Part shown: piece by piece, positions 36,745 to 46,897 of the stretch | How positions within the stretch are numbered: position 1 is the first letter of the stretch | Layout: the number at the start of each line of letters is the position of its first letter | From: Candidatus Latescibacterota bacterium | Lineage (GTDB): Bacteria; Latescibacterota; UBA2968; UBA8231 | Length of the DNA stretch: 64,000 nucleotides | Assembly: GCA_965221775.1 (NCBI GenBank) | Contig: CBDCSU010000004.1 | Coordinates: 96,001-160,000, forward strand | Reading direction: 5' to 3' | Notes under the pieces: model-generated | The model's input: only the letters and a program-made list of their open reading frames with translations | The model's database searches: none | What the model was told of the DNA's origin: nothing | Program-made: the position numbers and the translations under genes

Positions 36745-37782
36745 TCACGGCCCCGTCGATCCGCCGCCAGCGGCTTGATCCGCCGCGGCGGCGCGCACGT
36801 CGTCCTCGGTGATCCGTCCCGTGCGGCCGGTGCCGCGGACCTTCCGCCAGTCGATGCCGAGCTGCTGCGCCAGGCGCCGGGCCCGGGGGCTGATGGCGGG
36901 GGCGGCGGACGGGGCTCCCCCGGGCGCATCGGATCCGGCTTCCGATGTCGGCGACTTCGCGCCCCCTGCAGGCTCGCCCCCGGCCGACGCCGGCGCGTTG
37001 CTCGCATCGGGCGCCGCCGCGCTCTCTGCCTGGCTCGCCGTAGGTGGACCGGCTTCCGGTGCCGATGGCCCCCTCGCGGATCCCGGTGAGGCGCTGCCTG
37101 GAGGGCTCGCCGCGGATGGCCCGGCTTCCGGTGCCGGCTGCCCGCCAGCGGATCCCGCTGACGCGGTGCCGGCCGGGCCCGGCGCGCTCGAGGCGGGTGG
37201 GGACGCCGCATCGGCATCGGACCCTGGAGGTGACGCGCTCCCAGCCGGGCTCCCCGCCGGTGCCGCGGCTTCCTCCCCCGGCCGGCCGGCGGCCCCCTTG
37301 GGCACGCCTCCGACGGCGGGTGGCGCGGGCGCCGCATCGGCACCGGATCCTGGCGGCGGCGCCGGTCCTGCTCCCGCCGGCGCCTCGCTCCCCGCGCCGG
37401 CCGCCGCGGCTGAGGCAGCCGCCTCCGACGCCGGGGCACTGGCGGCCCCTGGGCGCGCGCCCTCCGAGGACGCCGCGGGTGCCGCACCGGCCCCGGCCCC
37501 TGCGGCCGGCGCCTGCACCGAGGCCGGCGGTTCCTCTCCCTCGGCCAGCAGAAACCCCAGCACCGTGCCCACGGGCACCGTGGCCCCGGGGCCGGGGGCG
37601 TCCCCGGGGATGTGCAGCCGCCCGGCGTCGAAGGACTCGACCTCGTTGATCGCCTTGTCCGTCTCCACCGTGAGCAGGACCTCGCCGGCCTGCACCGCCT
37701 CGCCCGGCTTCTTCAGCCACTCCACGAGGGTGCCCTCCTCCATGGTCCAGCCGAGCCGGGGCATGACGATCTCGACGGCCAC
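36745..37782 (-). CDS. Lipoyl domain + long Ala/Pro linker + peripheral subunit-binding domain (E2-like, no acyltransferase domain)
   Basis: MPRLGWTMEEG...VETDKA lipoyl motif; SPRARRLA...GTGRTGRITEDDV; stop shortly afterwards. Confidence 0.85.
   Translation of the reverse strand: MAVEIVMPRLGWTMEEGTLVEWLKKPGEAVQAGEVLLTVETDKAINEVESFDAGRLHIPGDAPGPGATVPVGTVLGFLLAEGEEPPASVQAPAAGAGAGAAPAASSEGARPGAASAPASEAAASAAAAGAGSEAPAGAGPAPPPGSGADAAPAPPAVGGVPKGAAGRPGEEAAAPAGSPAGSASPPGSDADAASPPASSAPGPAGTASAGSAGGQPAPEAGPSAASPPGSASPGSARGPSAPEAGPPTASQAESAAAPDASNAPASAGGEPAGGAKSPTSEAGSDAPGGAPSAAPAISPRARRLAQQLGIDWRKVRGTGRTGRITEDDVRAAAADQAAGGGSTGP
37049..37136. repeat. 16-bp direct repeat in the linker-coding DNA
   Basis: CCGGCTTCCGGTGCCG at 37049-37064 and 37121-37136 (72-nt period, APEAGP); degenerate copy near 36935. 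Confidence 0.7.
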
Positions 37783-37784
37783 GA

Positions 37785-38768
37785 CTACTCCTCGGCCAGC
37801 CCGCGCACGGCGTCGGCCACGTGTTCGGCGGTGGGCGCCACCGCCGCCTCCAGGGGCGCGCTGTAGGGGGTCGGCGCGTGGGCGCCGTTGAGGCGGCGCA
37901 CCGGGGCGCCGAGATCGTCGAAGCCGTGCTCCATCACCCGGGCGGAGATCTCGGCGCCGACGCCGCAGGGGCCGAAGGACTCGTCGGCCACCAGCAGCTT
38001 CCCGGTCTTGCGCAGCGACGCCAGGATCGTCTCCAGGTCGAGGGGCGCCAGGGTGCGCGGGTCGATGACCTCCACCGAGATCCCCTCGCCGGCGAGGGTG
38101 TCGGCGGCCTGCAGGCTCCGGGGCACCATGGGGCCGATGGCGACGACGGTGATGTCCGTGCCCTCGCGGCAGATCCGCGCCTGGCCGAAGGGCACCTCGA
38201 AGTCGTCCTCGGGGACCTCGCCGCGCTGGCCGAGGAGGGACTTGTGCTCCAGGTAGATCACCGGGTCGTCGCCGCTGAGGGCGGAAGCCATCAGCCCCTT
38301 GGCGTCGTATGGTGAGGCGGGCACGGCCACCCGCAGGCCGGGGACGTTGACGAAGAGCGGGTAGTAGCTGCCCGAGTGATGGGTGGCGTGGCCGCCGCCG
38401 ATGCCGACGCAGCCGCGCAGGAGCACGGGCATCCGCAGGCGGCCTCCGGACATGTACTGGATCTTGGCGATCTGGTTGGTCAGCTCGCCGGCAGCGTCGA
38501 GGAGGAAGTCGACGAACATGAAGTCGACCACCGGCCGGGTGCCGGTCATGGCGGCGCCGGCGCACAGGCCGACGAAGCCGCGCTCGCAGATCGGCGTGTC
38601 CCGCAGGCGCCGGGGGCCGAAGCGGTCGTAGAGGCCGGTGGTGGTGTTGAAGTTGCCGCCGCGCTCGCCGATCCCCTCGCCGAGGACGAAGATCGTCGGG
38701 TCGCGCTCCATGGCCGCGGTCAGGGCCTCGCGGGCGGCCTCGGTGTAGGTGATCCGGCGGCCGGCCAT
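37785..38768 (-). CDS. ThDP-dependent dehydrogenase E1 beta subunit (AcoB/PdhB-like)
   Basis: DTPICE, RPVVDFMF, THHS, DPVIYLEHK, EVIDPRTL. Confidence 0.92.
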   Translation of the reverse strand: MAGRRITYTEAAREALTAAMERDPTIFVLGEGIGERGGNFNTTTGLYDRFGPRRLRDTPICERGFVGLCAGAAMTGTRPVVDFMFVDFLLDAAGELTNQIAKIQYMSGGRLRMPVLLRGCVGIGGGHATHHSGSYYPLFVNVPGLRVAVPASPYDAKGLMASALSGDDPVIYLEHKSLLGQRGEVPEDDFEVPFGQARICREGTDITVVAIGPMVPRSLQAADTLAGEGISVEVIDPRTLAPLDLETILASLRKTGKLLVADESFGPCGVGAEISARVMEHGFDDLGAPVRRLNGAHAPTPYSAPLEAAVAPTAEHVADAVRGLAEE

Positions 38769-39739
38769 CAGGAGCCGCCTCCGTACACGTGGTCGCTCAC
38801 GGTGGCCGCGTCCGGCCAGGGGCTGGCCTCGGCGAAGGCGGCGGCCTCCGCGATCTCGGCGTCCACGTCGGCGGCGACCGCCTCCAGGTCGTCCGCCGAC
38901 GCCGCGGAGCCGTCCAGCAGGGCGTGCGCGAGCAGGGGAATGGGGTCCCGCTGCCGCCAGCGGTCGATCTCCTCCCGGGAGCGGTAGCCGCCGTCGCCCA
39001 TGCCCTCGGCGTGGGGCCGCGTGCGGTAGGTGCGGCACTCCAACAACGACGGGCCGCCGCCGGACCGGGCCCGCTCCACGGCCTTCCCGGCCGCCGCGTA
39101 CAAGGCCAGCGCGTCGTTGCCGTCGACGCACTCGCCCGGCATGCCGTAGCCGCCAGCGCGGCCGGCCACGTCGGTGTTGCGCGCCGCGTAGTCGAAGGCG
39201 ACCTCGGTGGCATACAGGTTGTTCTCGCAGACGAAGAGCACCGGCAGGTCCCAGATGGCGGCCAGGTTCAGCCCCTCGTGGAAGGCGCCGTTGCCCACGG
39301 CGCCGTCGCCGAAGAAGGCGACGCCCACCCGGTCGGTCTCCAAAAGCTGGAAGGAGTAGCCGGCGCCGGCGGCCTGGAGGATGCAGGGGCCGACGATGCC
39401 ACTGGTGCCCATCATCCCTATTTCCGGGGCGAAGAGGTGCATGCTGCCGCCGCGGCCCCCGGAGCAGCCCGTGGCCCGTCCGAAGAGCTCGGCCATCAGC
39501 GCCCGGGGCGGCACGCCCTTGGCCAGGGCGTGGCCGTGGCCGCGGTGGGTGCTGAAGACGGCGTCGTCGTGGCGCAGGTGGGCGCAGACCCCGGCGGCCA
39601 CCGCCTCCTGGCCGACGTAGGTGTGGCAGGCGCCGGTGATCCGGCCGGCGGCGTACGACCGCGCCAGCTGCTCCTCGCAGCGGCGGATGCGCAGCATCGT
39701 GCGGTAGAGGTCCAGCTGGGTGGCGGCGGAGGGGGTCAT
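38768..39739 (-). CDS. ThDP-dependent dehydrogenase E1 alpha subunit (AcoA/PdhA-like)
   Basis: GQEA, STHRGHGH, GRGGSMH, FFGDGA...ENN, TYR. Confidence 0.93.
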   Translation of the reverse strand: MTPSAATQLDLYRTMLRIRRCEEQLARSYAAGRITGACHTYVGQEAVAAGVCAHLRHDDAVFSTHRGHGHALAKGVPPRALMAELFGRATGCSGGRGGSMHLFAPEIGMMGTSGIVGPCILQAAGAGYSFQLLETDRVGVAFFGDGAVGNGAFHEGLNLAAIWDLPVLFVCENNLYATEVAFDYAARNTDVAGRAGGYGMPGECVDGNDALALYAAAGKAVERARSGGGPSLLECRTYRTRPHAEGMGDGGYRSREEIDRWRQRDPIPLLAHALLDGSAASADDLEAVAADVDAEIAEAAAFAEASPWPDAATVSDHVYGGGS

Positions 39740-39743
39740 GCGC

Positions 39744-40559
39744 TCATCCCGTGATCCCCGGCCCCCCGGGGTAGGAAGCGCCGGCGTTCATGGCGAGGTT
39801 GCCGCCGTCCACGGGCAGCAGCACCCCGGTGACCCAGCGCGACGCATCCGAGGCCAGGAAGACGGCGGCCCCCTTCACGTCGTCCGGTTGGCCCAGGCGG
39901 CCCCGGGCCAGGCCCCGCAGCCACTGCTCCTCCATGCGCGGGTCCCGCTCGATGCGCTCCCGCAGGTTGGGGTTGAGGATCTGCGCCAGGAGGATGGCGT
40001 TGACGCGCACCCCGCGGCTGGCCCACTCGGTGCTCAGCTCGCGGGTCATCTGGGCGACGCCGCCCATGGCGGTGCTGTAGGCCATGTGGCCTCGCCCCAT
40101 GGCGGTCAGGCTCGCCAGGGAGCCGATGTTGATGATGCTGCCGCCGCCGGCGGCGAGCATGCGGCGCCCCGCCTCCTGGCAGCTGCAGAACCGCCCCACC
40201 ACCAGCCCCTGGAGCGACTCCTTGACGCTGTCGAGGTCGAGCTGCTCCGGCGGCCCGAGGACGATCTCGCCGCCGGCGACGTTGGCGAGGGCGTCGATGC
40301 GGCCGAACTCGCGGTCGAGGCGCTCGAACATGGGCCGGACCTGCTCCGGGTCGGAGACGTCGCAGCGCACCGGCACGGCGCGCCGGCCCAGGGCCTCGAT
40401 GTTGGCGGCGGTGGCCTCGGCGCCGGACCCGTCGAGGTCGGCCAGCATCAGGTCGGCGCCGGCCTCGGCCAGGGCCAGGCTGATGGCGCGGCCCACGCCC
40501 CGGGCGGCGCCCGAGACCAGGGCCACGCGCCCGCTCATATCGAACAGGGAGTTGGTCAT
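39744..40559 (-). CDS. SDR family oxidoreductase (atypical YxxxM active site)
   Basis: SGAARGVG, INIGS, YSTAM, VRVNAI, PVDGG. Confidence 0.9.
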   Translation of the reverse strand: MTNSLFDMSGRVALVSGAARGVGRAISLALAEAGADLMLADLDGSGAEATAANIEALGRRAVPVRCDVSDPEQVRPMFERLDREFGRIDALANVAGGEIVLGPPEQLDLDSVKESLQGLVVGRFCSCQEAGRRMLAAGGGSIINIGSLASLTAMGRGHMAYSTAMGGVAQMTRELSTEWASRGVRVNAILLAQILNPNLRERIERDPRMEEQWLRGLARGRLGQPDDVKGAAVFLASDASRWVTGVLLPVDGGNLAMNAGASYPGGPGITG

Positions 40560-41623
40560 CCATCCTCCAGAACGGCGGGGTCGTGGAGCTTCAGCGGCAC
40601 CCGGGGCACGACCTCGGGGTTGACGACTTGATCGGGGCGGGGCATGTGGCCGCGGAGCACGCAGGCCAGGTTCTCGACGCTGCCGGTGGCCACGTCCCGC
40701 GTCGAGTCCACGGAGAGGGCCGAGACGTGGGGCGTGGCGATGACGTTGGGGGCGGTGATGAGCGGGTGGGTCGGCACCTCCTCGGTCTCGCCGAAGATCT
40801 CGATGATGCCGAAGGTGTCGAGGCCGGCGCCGCCGAGGCGTCCGGCGCGCAGCAGCTCGTCCAGAGCGTCCTCGTCGACGATGTCGCCCCGCGAGGCGTT
40901 GATCAGGAAGGCGCCGGGCTTCATGCGCTCCAGGCGCTCCCGGTCGAGGAGCCGGTGCGTCTGTCCGGTCAAGGGCAGGTGCAGGGAGACGAAGTCCGAG
41001 CGCTGCAGCAGCTCGTCGAGGCCGACCATCTCGACCCCCAGCTCATCGGCCTCCGGCGAGGGCCGGTCCATGTCGCGGCGGGTGGCGATCACGGTGAGGC
41101 CGCAGGGCCGGGCGCGGCGCGTCACGGCGATCGCCGAGGCGCCCCAGCCGACGAGGCCCAGGGTGAGGCTCGACAGGCGGCGCAGGGCCAGCGACTCGAC
41201 GCGGGCCTTGCGGTAGGCGCCGTCCAGCATGTGGCGGGCCATGCGCGGGATGAGGCGGCCCAGGGAGAGGATCATGGCCATCACGTGGTCGGCCATCTCC
41301 TCGGTGCTGAAGTCGGGCACGTTGGAGACGACGATGCCGCGCTCGGTGGCGCGGGCCACGTCGATGCGGTCGGTGCCGTTGCCGATGCGCGAGATGAGGG
41401 CGCAGCGCTCCAGGCCGTCGACGACGGCGGCGGGCAGCTTGGCCGAGACCACGCAGACCGCGTCGGCATCGCGCACGTGGGGCAGGATCTGCTCCGGCTC
41501 GGCGGCCTCGACCTCCACCGGGCGGATGCCGAGGCGGTCGAGGAGCCGGCGCTCGGTCCCGGACATGGGGAACAGCTCGGCGTTGAGGCGGACCACCCGG
41601 GCCTCGGCAGGTGATGGCAGCAA
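40556..41623 (-). CDS. D-2-hydroxyacid dehydrogenase family (CtBP/SerA-like)
   Basis: DRIDV, VSNVPD, GLVGWG, SLHLPL, INASRG, TPHVS; start approximate. Confidence 0.9.
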   Translation of the reverse strand: MLPSPAEARVVRLNAELFPMSGTERRLLDRLGIRPVEVEAAEPEQILPHVRDADAVCVVSAKLPAAVVDGLERCALISRIGNGTDRIDVARATERGIVVSNVPDFSTEEMADHVMAMILSLGRLIPRMARHMLDGAYRKARVESLALRRLSSLTLGLVGWGASAIAVTRRARPCGLTVIATRRDMDRPSPEADELGVEMVGLDELLQRSDFVSLHLPLTGQTHRLLDRERLERMKPGAFLINASRGDIVDEDALDELLRAGRLGGAGLDTFGIIEIFGETEEVPTHPLITAPNVIATPHVSALSVDSTRDVATGSVENLACVLRGHMPRPDQVVNPEVVPRVPLKLHDPAVLEDG

Positions 41624-41735
41624 ACGGCGAATCCTCCGGAGGGGCAGCGGTGGCCGCCGGCCGGGGCCGCCGGCGAACCGGGCGACAAGGTAGTGCTCCG
41701 GCCGAGAGCCGAAAACGCGCCGGCCGAGGGCGGCC

Positions 41736-42950
41736 TCAGGCCCACCCGGCGATGAAGCTGTCCACGGTGAGGGACTCGGGGACCTCGTTGAAGAAGTAGC
41801 GCGTCGACCGCCCCTGGAAGCCGGGGACGGTCTGCTTCTCCTCGCCCCGCAGGCTCCGGTCGACGGGCTCGAAGCGCGCCCACAGAGCCTCTGCCTCCGC
41901 GTTGGAGAAGCGGTCGCCCAGCCGCCGGCCCCACTGCAGGGTCATGGGGTGGACCATGGCGGCGAACTTGCGGTCCTTCTCCGGCAGACTCTCGAAGTCG
42001 GGATGCTTCAGGTTGCGGATGTCCCGGGCCGACTTGCTCAGGAAGATGGTGCTCTGTCGCCTGGCCATGGGGCCCGAGCCCGGGTGCAACGTCTCGAGAG
42101 CCTGATGGTAGCCCGGGCCGTCGCCTTGCAGAACGGCCCTCAGGGCGGACTCCACGTGGTCGAGGGCGAGGTCGCTGCGTCCGCGCCAGCGCTCGAAGGT
42201 GGCCTGCGCCCCGGGCGAGAGATGCTCGATGTAGTGCGGGTCCGGGTAGTGGGTGAAGTTCGAGAAGCCGCCGTGGATGACGCGCCGCAGGCGGGTGCTG
42301 TAGTCGCTGGCCCAGTGCAGGATCGGCAGGATGTAGGCGACCCCGTCACCGGCGGCCAGGCGGGTCTGCACGCCGCTGTCGAGGGGGGCGCGGTCGTTGC
42401 GGCTCAGCTGCTCCGCCTCCTCCGGCGTGTTCGGCCGCAGGTGGCTGCCGGGCACCACCCAGAGGACGTCGTCGTCGTAGAGGGTGAGGTTCCACTGCAC
42501 GTAGCGGGGGCCGCTCTCGCGGATGTCCTCGGCGTAGCCCATGACGGTGGAGCTGTGGGCCGGGGAGAAGTCCCGGTGCCAGCGCGCCGGACCGTGATCG
42601 CGCACCGGGCTGCACATGAGCATCATCTCCGTCACCGCCGCGTCCTCGACGCCGAGGAGCCGGCTGCTGACGCCCTGCACGTTCTCGTGGAGCCAGATCT
42701 CGACGGCGCCGGCGGTGGAGGCGTCGATCTCCCCGGCCATGTCGGTGAGGATCAGCCGCGGCTGGGCGCCGGTCTCCCAGTGGCCGCCCGGCGGGTCCCC
42801 GGGGGCGCGGTCCCGGGCCCAGACGGCGCGCTGGCGGTCGACGAGGATCTCGTAGACGCGGCGCAGCTCCTCGAGCTGGTCGGGAGGGATGACCTGCCGC
42901 AGGATGACATAGCCCTCTTCGAGAAAGCGCTGGCGGTCCACCTCCATCAC
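41736..42950 (-). CDS. PhyH-like dioxygenase with C-terminal extension
   Basis: FLEEGYVIL, WHRD, LWVVPGSH, ILHW. Confidence 0.8.
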   Translation of the reverse strand: MMEVDRQRFLEEGYVILRQVIPPDQLEELRRVYEILVDRQRAVWARDRAPGDPPGGHWETGAQPRLILTDMAGEIDASTAGAVEIWLHENVQGVSSRLLGVEDAAVTEMMLMCSPVRDHGPARWHRDFSPAHSSTVMGYAEDIRESGPRYVQWNLTLYDDDVLWVVPGSHLRPNTPEEAEQLSRNDRAPLDSGVQTRLAAGDGVAYILPILHWASDYSTRLRRVIHGGFSNFTHYPDPHYIEHLSPGAQATFERWRGRSDLALDHVESALRAVLQGDGPGYHQALETLHPGSGPMARRQSTIFLSKSARDIRNLKHPDFESLPEKDRKFAAMVHPMTLQWGRRLGDRFSNAEAEALWARFEPVDRSLRGEEKQTVPGFQGRSTRYFFNEVPESLTVDSFIAGWA

Positions 42951-43039
42951 GAACCCTCCTGTCCGTCTTGCCGTGCAAGGCTGCTCGCGGCACCATAGGT
43001 TGTCGAGCGCCCCGAGGTCAACCTGCCAGGAGAGCGACC

Positions 43040-43408
43040 GTGACCGAAATGCCCATCGCCAAGGAGCCCTTCTACAACACCACCCGCCGCGCCGGCGACA
43101 CCCTGTACCTGTCCGGCTTCGGCCCCGTCGATCTCGACTTGAACGTCGTCGGCCGGGACATCATCGAGCAGACCCGGTACACCATGCAGCTCATGGTGCA
43201 GGCCATGAAGAAGGAAGGAGCGACCACCGCGGACCTGGTGCGCGTGAACGTCTTCCTCCTCGACATGGCCGACCGCGACGGCTTCAACGAGGCCTACATG
43301 GAGTTCTTCGACGGGCCGCCCATGCCGACGCGGCGGCTCATCGGCGCCGGCGACCTCTTCAAGGGGATCCTCGTCGAGATCGACGGCATCGCCTGGATGG
43401 GAGACTGA
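43040..43408 (+). CDS. Rid/YjgF family protein
   Basis: LYLSG, IIEQT, VNVFL, FNEAY..FF, PTR, LVEID; CAGGAG RBS. Confidence 0.88.
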   Translation: MTEMPIAKEPFYNTTRRAGDTLYLSGFGPVDLDLNVVGRDIIEQTRYTMQLMVQAMKKEGATTADLVRVNVFLLDMADRDGFNEAYMEFFDGPPMPTRRLIGAGDLFKGILVEIDGIAWMGD

Positions 43409-43411
43409 CAG

Positions 43412-44353
43412 ATGACCACGAGAGTCGGATCGGGAGACCACCGCTTCGAGGAGCGGCACGACTGGCCGCGGCTGCCGGAGGGCTGGAGCTTCCGGGAAGT
43501 GGTGGACGTGGCCGTGGACGCGCAGGACCGGGTCTGCGTCTTCGGCCGCGGCCAGCAGCCGGTCATGGTCTTCGAGGCCGACGGCTCCCTCGCCGGGGCC
43601 TGGGGCGAAGGCATGTTCACGCGGCCCCACGGCGTCACCGCGGGGCCCGACGGCGCCCTCTGGACCGCTGACGACGACGGCCACTGCGTGCGCCGCTTCA
43701 CCTGGGACGGCGAGCTGCAGCTGACCATCGGCACGCCGGGGCAGGGTTCGCCGGTGCACAGCGGCGACCCCTTCAACCGGCCCACCAAAATCGCCGTCGA
43801 CCCCCGCTCCGGGGCGCTCTACATCGCCGACGGCTACGGCAACGCCAGGGTCCACAAGTACTCCCCGGAAGGCGAGCACCTGCTCTCCTGGGGCGAGTTC
43901 GGCACCGGCCCGGGGCAGTTCAACCTGGTCCACAGCGTCTGCACCGACGACGCCGGCCGCGTCTACATCGCCGACCGCGAGAACCACCGCGTGCAGATCT
44001 TCGACGACCAGGGCACCTGCCTCGACCAGTGGAACAACATGCACCGCCCCTGCGGCCTGCTCGTCTCCGGCGACCGCGTCTACATCGGCCAGCTGCCCAG
44101 CCACCTCGACGTCAACGCCGCCTACCCCAACATCGGCGCCTGCGTCACCATCCACGACCTGCAGGGGAACCAGCTCGCCCGCCTCGGCGGCGCCCACCCC
44201 GGCGAGGGTCCGGGGGAGTACACGGCGCCCCACGGTTTGGCGGTGGACTCGCGGGGGGATCTGTATGTGGGCGAGGTTTCCTGGAGAGCCTACGGTCGGC
44301 GGCTGGATCCGCCGCGGCTGGTGCGCTGCTTCCGCAAGCTGGTCCGGGTGTGA
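43412..44353 (+). CDS. NHL-repeat protein (peptidyl-alpha-hydroxyglycine lyase-like)
   Basis: FTRPHG, FNRPT.IA, ADGYGNARVHK, ADRENHRVQIFD, PHGLAVD. Confidence 0.9.
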   Translation: MTTRVGSGDHRFEERHDWPRLPEGWSFREVVDVAVDAQDRVCVFGRGQQPVMVFEADGSLAGAWGEGMFTRPHGVTAGPDGALWTADDDGHCVRRFTWDGELQLTIGTPGQGSPVHSGDPFNRPTKIAVDPRSGALYIADGYGNARVHKYSPEGEHLLSWGEFGTGPGQFNLVHSVCTDDAGRVYIADRENHRVQIFDDQGTCLDQWNNMHRPCGLLVSGDRVYIGQLPSHLDVNAAYPNIGACVTIHDLQGNQLARLGGAHPGEGPGEYTAPHGLAVDSRGDLYVGEVSWRAYGRRLDPPRLVRCFRKLVRV

Positions 44354-44395
44354 GGGGCGGACGACTCCCTGACCTCCCTTCGACTTTCTTGCATC

Positions 44396-46819
44396 GTGTT
44401 GTTGGCCCCCCTCCTGTTCCTGCTGGACAGCCGGGCCCAGGACTACACCTACCGGAATCTGCCCGAAGGGGCCATCGCACGCCTGGGAAAGGGACACTTC
44501 ACGGGGACTGTCTATTCGCCCGACGGGTCGCTTCTGGCTATAGGCAGGAGCATCGGTCTCTCGATCTACGAGGTGAGTACCGGCAGGGAGGTCGCTTTTC
44601 TGCAGGACAGCAGTCCCAGGAAGACCCGTTCTATGGTCTTCTCTCCGGACGGAAGTACCCTGGCCTGTATCATCGGCGCCTCTGCTTCCAAGGACAATTC
44701 GATTCTCCTGTGGGATGTATCTACCTGGGAGATGATCGCTTCCTTGGAGGGACACGAATGGAGCATCCACTTGGTAGCGTTCTATCCGGACGGGGAGAAG
44801 CTGATCAGTTCCAGCTCGGAGATGATCCGCCTATGGGATGTGGATACCGGGTCTGTGGAGTTCACCGAAGAAACGGGCCAAGAGAGTGCTACTTCTCCGG
44901 TACTGTCGCCGGAGGGGGATATCCTGGTCAGAGGGATTGATGATGATGTAGAGATACGGGATGCCTCCACCGGAGAGCTGTTGCATACTCTGGAGTCAAG
45001 TGGAGAATCCCGCACTATGGATTCAAACCCGGGTGATGTCAGGTTTCTGGAGTTTTCGCCGGACGGCGCCACTCTGGCTGTGGGCAGATGGAGCGGCTAC
45101 GTAGACCTCCTCGACGTAGCCACTTGGAGCGTGCTGGCCACACTCGGGGACCATGGCAAGGAAGTGGAATCCCTGACCTTTTCACCCGATGGCCAGACCG
45201 TGGCAGGTGCCAGCAGATTCACGGTCCTCCTGTGGGACCTGGCTACCGGGGGCCTGGTAAAGGCCCTTGAAAGACCTGGGCAAGAGTGGGTTGTCGATTC
45301 TGTGACTTTCTCCGCGGACGGCACTCTTCTGGCCAGCAGCAGCCGGGCGATTTCGCACCTGTGGGATCCGTCGAGTGGAGAGAGACTGGTCACGGTGGCA
45401 GGCCGGTTCAAGGCGTTCTCTCCGACGGGCGACAGCTTCGTCAGTGCAGATCCCAACGGATTGGTCAGTCTGTGGGACATCGACGGATCTCTGATCGCCA
45501 CCTTCGAATCTGACAGTCCTGTCGCCTCTCTCGTCTTTTCCCCGGACAGCCGGACCCTGGCGAGTGTCAGCTATCGCTACACCCGCCTGTGGGACGTGTC
45601 CAGCAGGACGCTGATCACAGCTCTGGAAGGCGCGGACGGGGGGCCACGTTGTCTGGCATTCTCCCCGGACGGAGAGACCGTAGCTACCGGCCATTTCGCT
45701 CAGATTCTGCTGTGGGATGCCACCGGGAGTCCCTTGAGTGCCCTCGAGGGTCCTACCTCTTACGTGTTCTCTCTGATGTTCTCGCCAGACGGAAGCCTCC
45801 TGGCCAGTCGCGGCCAGGAAGAAACCCTCTATCTGTGGAATACGTCAGACTGGACGCTGGTGACTACCCTTGCAGGCCACGATCATGACCATGAGGTCCG
45901 TTCGATGCGCTTTTCCCCGGACGGCTCTCTCCTGGCCACTGCGAGAAGGGGAGATGGGATCGTCCGTCTATGGAATACGTCCAACTGGACTCTCGCAGGC
46001 ACCCTCGATCACAGCAGGTCCGTCAGGACCGTACTATTCTCCCCTGACGGGAGCATTCTGGCCACTGTCAGTGGTGACAAAGGCTGGTTGTGGGATCTTT
46101 CTACCGGAGAGGCCCTGATCACTATCGACGGGTGGTTGCGGGAGGGGTCGGAGAGACCGATGGGTATCGGCTTTCTGGAGTTCTCTCCCGATGGGACGAT
46201 GTTGGCCGCTGGCAGCGGCGACGGGGTTCTCCTGTGGGACGTGGCCGGGAGAACCCGGATCGCCAGACTCGAAGGCCATACGTACATACTCCTTTCGATG
46301 GCTATCTCTCCCGACGGGAGAATCCTGGCCAGTGGGAGCGGCGGCTGGGACAAGACCATCCGCCTGTGGAACACGTCCACGGCGGACTCGGTCATCACCC
46401 TCGCGGGGCACTCGGACGATATTTCCAGCCTCGTGTTCTCTCCTGATGGAAGAGTCTTGGCCAGCGGCGGCGAGGACGCTGCGATCCTGCTGTGGGACGT
46501 ACCCTATGAGAGGGTCCAGTCCTTCGGAGTCTCCCGGCCGGCCCATACCGTCCTGCTGCCCAACTACCCCAACCCATTCAACGGTGGCACGGAGATCCCT
46601 TACCGGCTGGCAGATCCCGGCCCGGTGCAGCTGGTCGTCTACAATCTCCTGGGGCAGCCGGTGCGCACGTTGGTGGATCAATTCCAGGACCTCGGTCCGC
46701 ACCGGGTCCCCTGGGACGCCAGGGACGGGCTGGGGGCTGGGGTAGCCTCCGGGGTCTATCTTGCCCATCTTCGGTATCCTGGTGGGACCCAGACGCGCCG
46801 GCTGCTCTACCTCGAGTAG
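44396..46819 (+). CDS. Secreted WD40-repeat protein with C-terminal FlgD-Ig-like sorting-type domain
   Basis: Signal-like N-terminus, LPEGAIARLGKG, 16 FSPDG-type repeats, LLPNYPNPFN...VYNLLGQ.VRTL...WDA...ASGVY. Confidence 0.9.
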   Translation: MLLAPLLFLLDSRAQDYTYRNLPEGAIARLGKGHFTGTVYSPDGSLLAIGRSIGLSIYEVSTGREVAFLQDSSPRKTRSMVFSPDGSTLACIIGASASKDNSILLWDVSTWEMIASLEGHEWSIHLVAFYPDGEKLISSSSEMIRLWDVDTGSVEFTEETGQESATSPVLSPEGDILVRGIDDDVEIRDASTGELLHTLESSGESRTMDSNPGDVRFLEFSPDGATLAVGRWSGYVDLLDVATWSVLATLGDHGKEVESLTFSPDGQTVAGASRFTVLLWDLATGGLVKALERPGQEWVVDSVTFSADGTLLASSSRAISHLWDPSSGERLVTVAGRFKAFSPTGDSFVSADPNGLVSLWDIDGSLIATFESDSPVASLVFSPDSRTLASVSYRYTRLWDVSSRTLITALEGADGGPRCLAFSPDGETVATGHFAQILLWDATGSPLSALEGPTSYVFSLMFSPDGSLLASRGQEETLYLWNTSDWTLVTTLAGHDHDHEVRSMRFSPDGSLLATARRGDGIVRLWNTSNWTLAGTLDHSRSVRTVLFSPDGSILATVSGDKGWLWDLSTGEALITIDGWLREGSERPMGIGFLEFSPDGTMLAAGSGDGVLLWDVAGRTRIARLEGHTYILLSMAISPDGRILASGSGGWDKTIRLWNTSTADSVITLAGHSDDISSLVFSPDGRVLASGGEDAAILLWDVPYERVQSFGVSRPAHTVLLPNYPNPFNGGTEIPYRLADPGPVQLVVYNLLGQPVRTLVDQFQDLGPHRVPWDARDGLGAGVASGVYLAHLRYPGGTQTRRLLYLE

Positions 46820-46897
46820 CTCGAGCCTGGTGATGGCCCATCCAGCTCTGCCGAAGCAGCCGCCGTGGCATCCAGTGACGATCACAAGGAGTCTGCA

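Noticed and set aside
44500-46500. Periodic DNA similarity suggesting a CRISPR or tandem array
   Set aside because: Degenerate in-frame WD40 coding repeats; no identical repeats with unique spacers
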